Source: Promethearchaeota archaeon (GTDB taxonomy: Archaea > Asgardarchaeota > Lokiarchaeia > Sigyniarchaeales > SOKP01). From it: a stretch of DNA of 39,743 nucleotides. A model generated the notes under the pieces. It made no database searches. It had not been told where the DNA came from and saw only the letters and a program-made list of their open reading frames with translations. This document shows, piece after piece, positions 29,822-39,103 of this stretch; position 1 is the stretch's first letter; the number at the start of each line of letters is the position of its first letter. The translations under genes and the position numbers were made by a program. Where the stretch lies: positions 1 through 39,743 of the forward strand of contig JBHLMQ010000029.1 of assembly GCA_048938005.1 (NCBI GenBank), in the 5' to 3' direction.

Positions 29822-29986
29822 TCAATGTGTATAATGAAGTGGTGTGGATTTCTGCTGGTTTTCTTTTATAAATTTTATCTCATAATTCATATATCCACAA
29901 TTTAAACACTTTACTGTCTTTGGAGGGAAATAATTTACGACTTTAGGCATTTTCATTGAAGCACAATTAGGACAATAATAATACAT
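29822..29986 (-). CDS. small zinc-ribbon protein (54 aa, not in the ORF track)
   Basis: MYYYCPNC-x18-CLNCGY. Confidence 0.75.
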   Translation of the reverse strand: MYYYCPNCASMKMPKVVNYFPPKTVKCLNCGYMNYEIKFIKENQQKSTPLHYTH

Positions 29987-30192
29987 TTTCTATAACTCTT
30001 CGATTCAAATTATTATTACCATAAGTTAATGTATTTAAATATCATTAAAAAGTCCTATAATTTAGAATTAAAAGGAAATATAGAAGAAGATCTACTTTTT
30101 TGATTAATTCTACACAAAAAAAACCATGAAACTAAAAATTTAAGTGATTGAAAATCTTTTACTTTTTAAACCGTTTAAAATGAGGTTTTTAA

Positions 30193-31098
30193 ATGGACGA
30201 TTTTGTTAAGCCCCTCTCTGATGAATTTAATAATATATTTTTTATAGAAGGGGAAGAAAGTGCGAGATATCCTTATTCTCATTCTATTTTAATAAAAGAT
30301 TACTTAATTGATACAGGCATTTCACATAACCGGCTAATAAAGATAAAGAAATTATTTCCAATTAAAAATATTATCTTAAGTCACTGGCATGAGGACCATA
30401 TTTCAGGTAATAGTTTATTTAAAAATTGTAAATTTTACTGTCATTTACAAGATAAACCTGTTATTGAAGACATTGAAAAAATGGTTCCTTATTATAATGT
30501 TAAGAACACTCCAGTTGGAGAGGAATTAAAAAGTTTAATAGAAATGTTGCGAATTAAAAATACTAAAATTGATTATATTATAGAAGATAATCAAATAATA
30601 AATATTGGAGATCAGTTAAAATTGAAAATTCTTCATACTCCCGGGCACACAGCAGGACATTGTGCTTTTTATGAAAAAAATTCCAAAATAGCTTTTTTTG
30701 GAGATATTGACTTAACAAAATATCCATATTACGGAAATATTGATGCTGATTTGATTGAGTTCGAAAAATCAATTGAAAGACTTATTACTATGGAAATCGA
30801 AACCGCAATTACAGGGCATAGAGATGTTATTATTGGAAGTAAAAGAATTAAAGAAGAACTCGAAAAATTTAAATCAATATTACGAGAAAGGGATGAAAGG
30901 ATACTTACACATTTTTCGGAAACAAAAAACCCAATTAGACCAATAGATTTAAAAAATAAAAACCTTATATATAGAAAGTACACAATTTTCAAAGATTTTG
31001 AACTAATCGCTGAAGTTTTAATGATAGAAAAACATTTCGAAAAATTTCATAGAAATAAATTAATTACTACTAAAGATAATGGATATATTTTAAATTAA
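30193..31098 (+). CDS. MBL-fold metallo-hydrolase
   Basis: IDTG, SHWHEDH, TPGHTAGH, GD and TGH motifs; GAGGT RBS. Confidence 0.93.
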   Translation: MDDFVKPLSDEFNNIFFIEGEESARYPYSHSILIKDYLIDTGISHNRLIKIKKLFPIKNIILSHWHEDHISGNSLFKNCKFYCHLQDKPVIEDIEKMVPYYNVKNTPVGEELKSLIEMLRIKNTKIDYIIEDNQIINIGDQLKLKILHTPGHTAGHCAFYEKNSKIAFFGDIDLTKYPYYGNIDADLIEFEKSIERLITMEIETAITGHRDVIIGSKRIKEELEKFKSILRERDERILTHFSETKNPIRPIDLKNKNLIYRKYTIFKDFELIAEVLMIEKHFEKFHRNKLITTKDNGYILN

Positions 31099-31179
31099 TT
31101 ATAAAAAAAATTGTTTATTATTCATTTTAATGTGTTTCTTTCTTAAGATTAGTTGTAAATGAAATTGATGTGATTATAT

Positions 31180-31950
31180 ACGCAGGATATAGTTTTATAC
31201 GAAAAAGAAGGGGATATTGGCAAGATTACTTTAAATAAACCAGAACAAAGAAATACATTAGATCTAAAAACTTTAAAAAAGTTAATAGAAGCTTTTAAGA
31301 TAAGTGCTAATAATGGGGATGTATGTGTTATTTATAGCGCTAACGGTAAACATTTTACTGTTGGTGCAGATTTGAAATATGGATTTGAGCTCCTCACGGA
31401 TAATAGTCGAATGGCTGAAGCTGTTGAATTCCTAGAAGCCTTTCAAAATTTAACAAGAGCAATGATATCCCATTCGGGAATTATTATTGCTGGGCTTCAT
31501 GGATGGGTTATTGGAGGGGGATTTGAACAGTTATTATATTGTGACTTAAGAATTGCTGCTAATGATACTCGGATAATGCTTCCAGAATTAGGAGTAGGAC
31601 TCTTCTTCTCAAATGCTTCAACTAAACTTTTGCCCAGAATTATCGGTGAAGGACGGGCAAAACAATTAATGTATTTAGGATCAGAAATTAGTGCCAAAGA
31701 AGCCCTCAATATAGGATTAGTTAATCAAGTCTGTAAACCTGAAGGATTAAGAAGGATTATTAGACGTACAGCAAACACTATCGTGCAAAAAGATCATATA
31801 ACTCTTAAATGGGCAAAAAAAATGATAAATGAGAATCAAGATGCTTCTATTGAATCAGTGTTAGCTAAAGAATTACGGATTATGATTTTAATGGGACAAT
31901 CTGAAGAACTTAAGAAAAGACTTGAAAAGTTCGTGAAAGATAAGCATTAG
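31180..31950 (+). CDS. enoyl-CoA hydratase/isomerase (5' end extended beyond the ORF track)
   Basis: in-frame upstream ITLNKPEQRN and FTVGADL; GGGFE, CDLRIA, PE and GLVN motifs. Confidence 0.9.
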   Translation, partial: TQDIVLYEKEGDIGKITLNKPEQRNTLDLKTLKKLIEAFKISANNGDVCVIYSANGKHFTVGADLKYGFELLTDNSRMAEAVEFLEAFQNLTRAMISHSGIIIAGLHGWVIGGGFEQLLYCDLRIAANDTRIMLPELGVGLFFSNASTKLLPRIIGEGRAKQLMYLGSEISAKEALNIGLVNQVCKPEGLRRIIRRTANTIVQKDHITLKWAKKMINENQDASIESVLAKELRIMILMGQSEELKKRLEKFVKDKH

Positions 31951-32036
31951 AGGTATTTTAAATCTTTCTTTTATGTAAAATTTTCATTTTATTTCCTGAT
32001 ATAAATATTTTTTATTAATTTATTATTCTAATTAAT

Positions 32037-33335
32037 ATGGAGCGAACAGGTCCACTCTTATTCAAAGAGTATCCCCTTCTGAAGGAAAAAGTACCATGGA
32101 TACCTTTGCTTATAAATGCCCCTACATCTGTAGAAAGATTACATGAATTAGAAAAGCATCTTAATTTGGATAAGGGTCAGATATTTATTAAAAGAGATGA
32201 TATAAATCATCAAATTTATGGAGGAAATAAGCTAAGAAAGTTTGAATTTATCTTTGGAAACGCTATTTTAAAGAAAAAGAAAAAAGCTATTGTAACTTAT
32301 GGAGGTATTGGTACACATCATGGCTTAGCTTCCGCAATACTTTGTAATAAATTACATCCGCCTCTAAAATGTGATTTATTTCTCTATAATCAGCCTCTTA
32401 CTTGGCATGTCCAACGTTCATTATTATTATATGATTATTTTAAAGCAAAATTGCATCTTGGGAAAACGGATATAAGTACATTTATTAAAGCCTTATTCTT
32501 TTGGATTTTCCATCGTAAATACGAATTCATACTTCCTGGAGGAAGCCTTTTGTTTGGTAGAGGAACTCCTTTAGGAGTGGTGGGTTTTATAGAAGCAACT
32601 TTTGAACTAAATGAACAAATTAAAAAGGGGCAAATTCCCGAACCTGATTTAATCTTTTTAGCAAATGGTACTACAGGAACAGCAGCAGGATTAGTAGCAG
32701 GATGTAAATTATTAGGATTAAAATCTAAAGTCTATGCTGTAGCAGTGTACAAAGAATTCATTGCCAATACTTCTAATTTAGCCAGAAATGCAAATAAGGC
32801 TCTTAAATATTTGCATAAAAGAGATAAGAATTTTCCAAAAATAAAAATTTCACGAGATGATTTTGAATTAGTAAAAGGATACTTAGGTTCTGGATATGGT
32901 GTTAAAACAATAAAAGGTCAAAATGCAGTAGATACTATATTTGATTTAGAAGGGAAATCAAAAGGATTTAACTTAGAAACTACATATACGGGAAAAGCAA
33001 TGGCTGCTATGTTTGATTTCCTTAAGAAGGAAGAAAATAAAAATAAAACTATACTATTTTGGAACACTTATAATTCAAATGATCTGGATAAATATATAAG
33101 AAATACTAATTTTGATTATAAAAAACTTCCAAAAAAGTTCTATAAGTTTTTTGAAAAGACATATTTTCAATGTTGGCAAATTACTGATTGTCCCAAGGAG
33201 ATAAGAGAAAACTGTCCGGCTTACTTAAACCATGAATACAGATTTTGGAAAATTACAGATTGCAAGCTTGATCAAAAAAAACAAAGGAAAGCTTTGGGAA
33301 TATTAAAAAATGTAATTAAATTAGAGAATGCCTAA
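32037..33335 (+). CDS. PLP enzyme of the D-cysteine desulfhydrase/ACC deaminase family with Cys-rich C-terminal extension
   Basis: IKRDD, GGNKLRK, GTTGT.AG, GYG, LETTYTGKA and FWNT motifs. Confidence 0.9.
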   Translation: MERTGPLLFKEYPLLKEKVPWIPLLINAPTSVERLHELEKHLNLDKGQIFIKRDDINHQIYGGNKLRKFEFIFGNAILKKKKKAIVTYGGIGTHHGLASAILCNKLHPPLKCDLFLYNQPLTWHVQRSLLLYDYFKAKLHLGKTDISTFIKALFFWIFHRKYEFILPGGSLLFGRGTPLGVVGFIEATFELNEQIKKGQIPEPDLIFLANGTTGTAAGLVAGCKLLGLKSKVYAVAVYKEFIANTSNLARNANKALKYLHKRDKNFPKIKISRDDFELVKGYLGSGYGVKTIKGQNAVDTIFDLEGKSKGFNLETTYTGKAMAAMFDFLKKEENKNKTILFWNTYNSNDLDKYIRNTNFDYKKLPKKFYKFFEKTYFQCWQITDCPKEIRENCPAYLNHEYRFWKITDCKLDQKKQRKALGILKNVIKLENA

Positions 33336-33520
33336 AGATGACTTTCAAATATTTAAAGTTTTTCCCCCATATAAGTGAAACTAATATAGAAATATCTCCA
33401 TTTTTTTGTTCAAATTTAATATTTTAATTTATTAAATTATACATTAAAAAAAGTAAATTAATTAGGCGTTTTTTAAGTTATGGATGAATTGAATTAGGTT
33501 TGAAGGTACTATGGAATTGA

Positions 33521-33658
33521 TTAGTAAAAATCTTCTTGAAAGTCTTCAAAATCTTCCCAATCTTCATCCCAGTCCTCATTATCATCATATTCTACGTCTT
33601 CATCCCAATCCTCTTCTTCCACGAATTTTTTCTTTTCAGAATTTTGTTTTGTATTCAT
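33521..33658 (-). CDS. acidic-aromatic micro-protein (45 aa, not in the ORF track)
   Basis: GAGGT RBS; MNTKQNSEKKKFVEEEDWDEDVEYDDNEDWDEDWEDFEDFQEDFY. Confidence 0.8.
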   Translation of the reverse strand: MNTKQNSEKKKFVEEEDWDEDVEYDDNEDWDEDWEDFEDFQEDFY

Positions 33659-34489
33659 GTTTTTAACCTCTTTTTCTATTATTTATAATAGATTAGAATT
33701 ATGATAAATTTTCAATTACGTCATAAAACTTATTAAATATTTAAATGTTTTCAATTTTAATAATAATAACTATAATAAAGAAAATTAATTGCGAGTATCT
33801 AGGATTCAGAGAGCATCATAGGTACTCTTACTATTTATAACAGTTAAATCTTATTATATGTAAAATAATATTGTTTACTTTAATTAAAAACTCAGTTTAA
33901 ACCTTGTATAAGTTCTAAAAATTTAATATTTTGTTAGAATCTATAATAAAACTGAGCACTTTTTTATTATATTCTATAAATTGTAAATTTAAAATGATCT
34001 CTTATACCGAACAATTATTTTTGGAAACAAATATTAAATTATAATCAGAAATCACTTAATATTCCAAATTGCTTATATAAAGAGGAAAAAATAATAAATT
34101 AAGCTCACATTTATCTAATTAGATTAAGATTAGACCTTATTTATAAAATTAAAGTAATATATTATAATTTCCAAGAGATTTAATCTTATTAAAATTTGTC
34201 TTACATGGTAAAAATATAAAAGAAAAGTTTTTAAATCAATTAATTTATATATAATTTCAAATATAAAATTTTAATAGAATGAAGTAAAGTTAAATCTAAA
34301 TAACATTTAAAGGGTAATCGATTAATTAATAAATGATACATAATATTACAATCGAAATATTAAGAAGAATTATTCTCTATGCGAAAATTTTTTGTGATAA
34401 AGAGAAGTTCTTAAATACTTCATTCAGGTTAAAAAGCCTTCATTTTCTTCAGAATTTATCAAATTCAAGATTTTTAAGATAAAAAAGCA

Positions 34490-36424
34490 ATGACAACTCA
34501 AACAGATAGTATAAATAATAAAAAAAGAACTTTTGAGAGTAAAGGAAAAAGTATATCCATTTGCTTAGGTCCTGTTCTTAACCCAGAAGAATATGTTAAA
34601 AAAGATTGGTGGAAACGGATATTTAACGCTTATTATTTAAAAACAGATGGAGATGTAGTAGAAGATCAAAAAATTACTGAATATGAAGTAAATTATTTTT
34701 CAAACGTTATGCAATTTCATCAAGAACATCAGATTCTCGATCTCTGTTGTGGTCAAGGAAGACATTCCATTGAGTTAGCTAATAAAGGCTTTAAAAATGT
34801 ATTTGGATTAGATCGGTCAAGATATTTAATTCAGAAAGCTAAAACTAACGCGAAAAAATGTGGAGTTTTATGCAAATTTCATGAAGGAGATGCGAGAAAA
34901 CTACCATATAATCCAGATAAATTTGATTTTGTTTTGATTTTAGGTAATAGTTTTGGATATTTTGAATCAATGAATGATGATTTTCTGGTATTAAAAGAAG
35001 CTTTCCGTGTTTTAAAGCCTTGGGGAAAAATATTAATAGATATAACTGATGGAGAATTTCTTAGAGAAAATTTTCAATCACGTTCATGGGAGTGGATTGA
35101 TAAGAATCTTTTCGTTTGTCGAGAAAGAACTTTATCTTTGGATAAACAAAAATTGATTTCAAGGGAAGTAATAACACATGTTAATAAAGGAGTATTAGTG
35201 GATCAGTTTTATGCAGAAAGATTATACTCAAAAATAGTTATTTCAGAGTTGTTAGAAAAAGTAGGTTTTAGTGAAGTAATTTTCCATGGCTCGATTACTC
35301 CTGAGTCTCAACGTAACCAAGATTTAGGAATGATGGAAAAAAGAATTATTGTCAGCGCTATTGTTAAAAAAGAATGGACACCGATTAAAAAGAAAGAAAA
35401 AAGAGTTGAAAAAAATACAATTGTTATTTTCGGAGACCCTAATAAACCCGATGTACTTAAACCCTTCCAAAAGTTCGATGATGATGATTTCTTTACAATA
35501 AATCAATTAAAAGCTGCACTAAAGGAGCTTAATGAATATAATTTTTCATATTTAGATAATCACAACACTCTTATTCAGGATTTACAAAATTTAAATGGCA
35601 AAATTGATTTTGTTTTTAATTTGTGCGATGAAGGTTATTACAACGAAGCTAGAAAAGAATTACATATACCCGCTTTATTAGATATTCTCAAAATTCCATA
35701 TACAGGATCTGGACCTCAGTGTCTAGCCTTTTGTTATGATAAATCATTAGTAAGAGGTATTGCAAAAGAATTAGAGATTCCTGTCCCTGAAGCTATATAT
35801 ATTAAACCTGAAGATAAAATTATTGATTTACCTTTATATTTTCCTGCTATTGTAAAACCTAATTTCGGAGATTCTAGTTTTGGGATTACTCAAAGAAGTG
35901 TGGTTAAAAATGGAGAGGAACTGCTGAGTGCAATTTCAGAAATACGTGAAAAATTTGGTTATGATAAACCAATTTTAGTTGAACAATTTCTTCCTGGTAA
36001 GGATCTCAGTGTTGGAATTATTGGAAATCTCCCAGATAATTTTCTAATCCTTCCAATAATCGAAGAAGATTATTCAAATTTACCTCCAGAATTACCAAAA
36101 ATATGTGGTTATGAGGCAAAGTGGATACCAGATTCTCCCTATTGGAATATTAAATCTATTCCAGCAAATCTCTCACAAGATGTCATTGAAATTATTGAAA
36201 ATTCTTCACTCAAATTATTTGAACGATTGGAATGTCAAGATTATGCTCGATTTGATTGGCGATTGGATGCTAATGGAAATCCTAAGCTCTTAGAAATAAA
36301 TCCTAATCCCGGTTGGTGTTGGGATGGTCATTTAGCAAAAATGTGTAATATTGCAAATATCCCATATAAGGAAATGTTAAATAAAATTTTAGAAGCCGCA
36401 GTAAAAAGAATTGGATTAACATAA
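34490..36424 (+). CDS. class I SAM methyltransferase fused to a D-Ala-D-Ala-ligase-like ATP-grasp domain
   Basis: LDLCCGQGRH, GDAR; IPYTGSG, DK, VKPNFGDSSFGI, VEQFLPG, RFDWR, LEINPNPG. Confidence 0.9.
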   Translation: MTTQTDSINNKKRTFESKGKSISICLGPVLNPEEYVKKDWWKRIFNAYYLKTDGDVVEDQKITEYEVNYFSNVMQFHQEHQILDLCCGQGRHSIELANKGFKNVFGLDRSRYLIQKAKTNAKKCGVLCKFHEGDARKLPYNPDKFDFVLILGNSFGYFESMNDDFLVLKEAFRVLKPWGKILIDITDGEFLRENFQSRSWEWIDKNLFVCRERTLSLDKQKLISREVITHVNKGVLVDQFYAERLYSKIVISELLEKVGFSEVIFHGSITPESQRNQDLGMMEKRIIVSAIVKKEWTPIKKKEKRVEKNTIVIFGDPNKPDVLKPFQKFDDDDFFTINQLKAALKELNEYNFSYLDNHNTLIQDLQNLNGKIDFVFNLCDEGYYNEARKELHIPALLDILKIPYTGSGPQCLAFCYDKSLVRGIAKELEIPVPEAIYIKPEDKIIDLPLYFPAIVKPNFGDSSFGITQRSVVKNGEELLSAISEIREKFGYDKPILVEQFLPGKDLSVGIIGNLPDNFLILPIIEEDYSNLPPELPKICGYEAKWIPDSPYWNIKSIPANLSQDVIEIIENSSLKLFERLECQDYARFDWRLDANGNPKLLEINPNPGWCWDGHLAKMCNIANIPYKEMLNKILEAAVKRIGLT

Positions 36425-36456
36425 TTTCAATTATAATATTAAATCCCTATAATAAA

Positions 36457-37668
36457 ATGACAGCTACAGAAATTGAAAATAATAAAAAAGATCCAGACAA
36501 TATTGAGAAAGTTTCTTCATATGTACGCCATCTTGAGAAAAAAGTAAAGGAATATGAAATTGACGTAAATTTATTAAGAAATAGTATAACAAAGGTGGAA
36601 TTTGAAGTAAACAGTTTACGATCAGAAATTGAGCGATTAAGTGATCTTCCCTTATTATCAGGATATATAATTGATATTCTAGATGATATGAATGACCGTG
36701 CTATTGTAGATATGCCACCTAACTCTAGTTTTGTTGTTAGAATTAGTAATAGACTGCAAAAAGAGAAGATTGTACCAGGATTACATGTAGCTTTAAATCA
36801 ACGAAATTATGCGGTAATGGAAATATTACCCTCCAAATTTACCCCATTTGTGAGAGGTATGGAAATAATTGATAGACCTATTGATATTTCATATGATGAT
36901 ATTGGAGGTTTAGAAAATCAAATCCAAGAAGTTAAAGAGATTATAGAATTACCATTGAAAAAACCAGAATTATTTAAAAAAATTGGGATCGAACCACCTA
37001 AAGGGGTTCTTTTTTATGGTCTACCTGGAACGGGAAAAACTTTATTAGCTAAAGCAGTTGCTCATGAATCAAATGCAACCTTTATTAAAGTAGTTGCTAC
37101 AGAATTGGTGCAAAAATTTATTGGTGAGGGTTCTCAATATGTAAGAGAAATATTTAGTTTAGCAAGACAGAAAGCACCTACTATTTTGTTTATAGATGAA
37201 ATAGATGCAATTGGTGCCATCAGAATGCAAGATGATACTTCAGGTGATAGAGAAGTAAATAGAACATTAATGCAATTATTAAGTGAATTAGATGGTTTTG
37301 ATCAAAGAGGAAATATTAAATTTATTGCTGCAACAAATAGAGAAGACATATTAGATCCAGCTCTATTAAGACCAGGTCGATTTGATCGCATAGTAGAATT
37401 CCCTATTCCTAATGAAAAAGCTAGAGAAGCAATTTTTAGAGTTCATATGAGAAATCTAAATTTTGAAGAAGACATTGAAATAAAAATTTTAACTATCCTT
37501 ACTAAAGGTGCAACGGGTTCAGATATTAAAGGAATTTGCACAGAAGCAGGTATGTATGCTATTAGAAAAAATTCTGAAATTATTTCCCATGAAGATTTTA
37601 TTAAGGCTATAGATAAAATCATGTCTAAAAAAAAAGAGGATTTTCCTACATCCGATATTTTCTTGTGA
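36457..37668 (+). CDS. pan: proteasome-activating nucleotidase (AAA+)
   Basis: N-terminal coiled coil and OB region, GLPGTGKT, KFIGEG, FIDEID, LDPALLRPGRFDR. Confidence 0.93.
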   Translation: MTATEIENNKKDPDNIEKVSSYVRHLEKKVKEYEIDVNLLRNSITKVEFEVNSLRSEIERLSDLPLLSGYIIDILDDMNDRAIVDMPPNSSFVVRISNRLQKEKIVPGLHVALNQRNYAVMEILPSKFTPFVRGMEIIDRPIDISYDDIGGLENQIQEVKEIIELPLKKPELFKKIGIEPPKGVLFYGLPGTGKTLLAKAVAHESNATFIKVVATELVQKFIGEGSQYVREIFSLARQKAPTILFIDEIDAIGAIRMQDDTSGDREVNRTLMQLLSELDGFDQRGNIKFIAATNREDILDPALLRPGRFDRIVEFPIPNEKAREAIFRVHMRNLNFEEDIEIKILTILTKGATGSDIKGICTEAGMYAIRKNSEIISHEDFIKAIDKIMSKKKEDFPTSDIFL

Positions 37669-37780
37669 GCTGAGCCATAAATAAAGACTATTAAGAGAAA
37701 AAAATTTAAAACACTATTATTAAAATATTAGAGAAAGCTACAGAAAAATATTTCTTGATAGTTTAAATAACTAAAGTAAA

Positions 37781-38770
37781 CTAAATAATTTTTAACCGTT
37801 GCAATAAACCTGTAATTAAAATAGGCAAAGCGATTGTAGCTTCACACCAAACACTTACATGTTTTGACTCCAAAGAATATTTGCCCCAAGATTTTGCCTC
37901 TGAAAAAGTACTTCCTGAAAGCCCCCCATCATACTCCATAGCTGTGTGAACACGAACTGAGTAATTGTAACCCATTTTCTCAATCTTATCAAATTGGTCT
38001 AACATAGGAAAGATTTGTTGAGCCCAATTACGCGGAACACCACCACCTATGATAATAGTTCCATATTCTTTATAATTTTTAACAATTTCTCCAAATTTTT
38101 TCACATCCCCTAAGATATCAAACTGAAAATCATATCCCTCATATAGATCGTACTTAATAAGTTTTAAAGCTAGTTCTGAGTCTGAAAAGGCTGGTATAAA
38201 TATGGGGATGTTATTTTTAGCTGCCATTGAAAGGATATTATTTCCTGATAGTTTAGTACCAATCTTTTTTAGAAACTCTGAGGGTTTAATTTGAATGTTT
38301 TTCATGTCAAATGAAGATTGAATTATTTCTAATAATTTTAAGTCTGCTCTATCATAGTTTTCTTCAGGAAGGAAGATATCATAAATCCTATTAATCCGAT
38401 GTTTGAATAATTCATCATCATCTACATTGGGACTTCCCAGATAATGTCCTATATTACTTGCAGCATCTACTAAATCGTGTATTATATTAGCACCAGTACT
38501 AATTAATACATCAATTAATTTATATTCCATTAATACCGATATTAGTTCTCCCATCCCCGCAGGAACCAACGCCCCACTTAGAGTTAACACAGTGAGGCAA
38601 TTTTTATCAGAAACCATTTTTTCTAAGATATCAAGAGCTAAACCAAGATTTCTTCCTTGGAAACCACAATCTTTTAAAGCGGTAATAAGATCATTTACAT
38701 TTGTTACTATTTTTGGATTAAAAGGTTTAACTTTTTTTATCAAATAATCTTCTTTTTGATGGGTTTTCAT
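37781..38770 (-). CDS. dys: deoxyhypusine synthase family protein
   Basis: STGANIIHD, PAFSDSE, GGGVPRN, DGGLSG and EAKSWGK (active-site lysine). Confidence 0.92.
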   Translation of the reverse strand: MKTHQKEDYLIKKVKPFNPKIVTNVNDLITALKDCGFQGRNLGLALDILEKMVSDKNCLTVLTLSGALVPAGMGELISVLMEYKLIDVLISTGANIIHDLVDAASNIGHYLGSPNVDDDELFKHRINRIYDIFLPEENYDRADLKLLEIIQSSFDMKNIQIKPSEFLKKIGTKLSGNNILSMAAKNNIPIFIPAFSDSELALKLIKYDLYEGYDFQFDILGDVKKFGEIVKNYKEYGTIIIGGGVPRNWAQQIFPMLDQFDKIEKMGYNYSVRVHTAMEYDGGLSGSTFSEAKSWGKYSLESKHVSVWCEATIALPILITGLLQRLKII

Positions 38771-39103
38771 AAATAAAATTAAATGTGTTAATGATTTTAA
38801 AATGATCTATTTGTATTTTTTTAAAATATCTTGAAATTATATCACTTTATTTGAAACCCCGCTCTGATTTGTATTTAATTAGGACAAAATTTAATGAAAT
38901 TTTTCACCTCATGATTTTAATCCTTTACAATATCCAATTTTATTATGATGCAAAATTTTTCTATTCTTATTATGAATTAGGTATAATATATTCAATTTAA
39001 ATGCCATAAATTTTAATATATTATTTGAGCTTAAAATAAGTTTAAATATTACTTTTAATATTAAAATCTTAATTGTAAATTATAGAGAAAGAATGATAAA
39101 GTA

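Noticed and set aside
31159-31173. Selenocysteine at the in-frame TGA before the crotonase
   Set aside because: It lies outside the conserved domain, no Cys is expected there, and I see no SECIS.
769-36293. Short antisense or alternate-frame ORFs in the track (e.g. 769-1020, 2047-2250, 8217-8468, 13293-13733, 13962-14339, 23010-23330, 36105-36293)
   Set aside because: They overlap longer ORFs, mostly well-supported genes, and show no independent motifs.
34490-36424. Calling the ATP-grasp domain ddl (peptidoglycan synthesis)
   Set aside because: Archaeal context, methyltransferase fusion and no mur genes.
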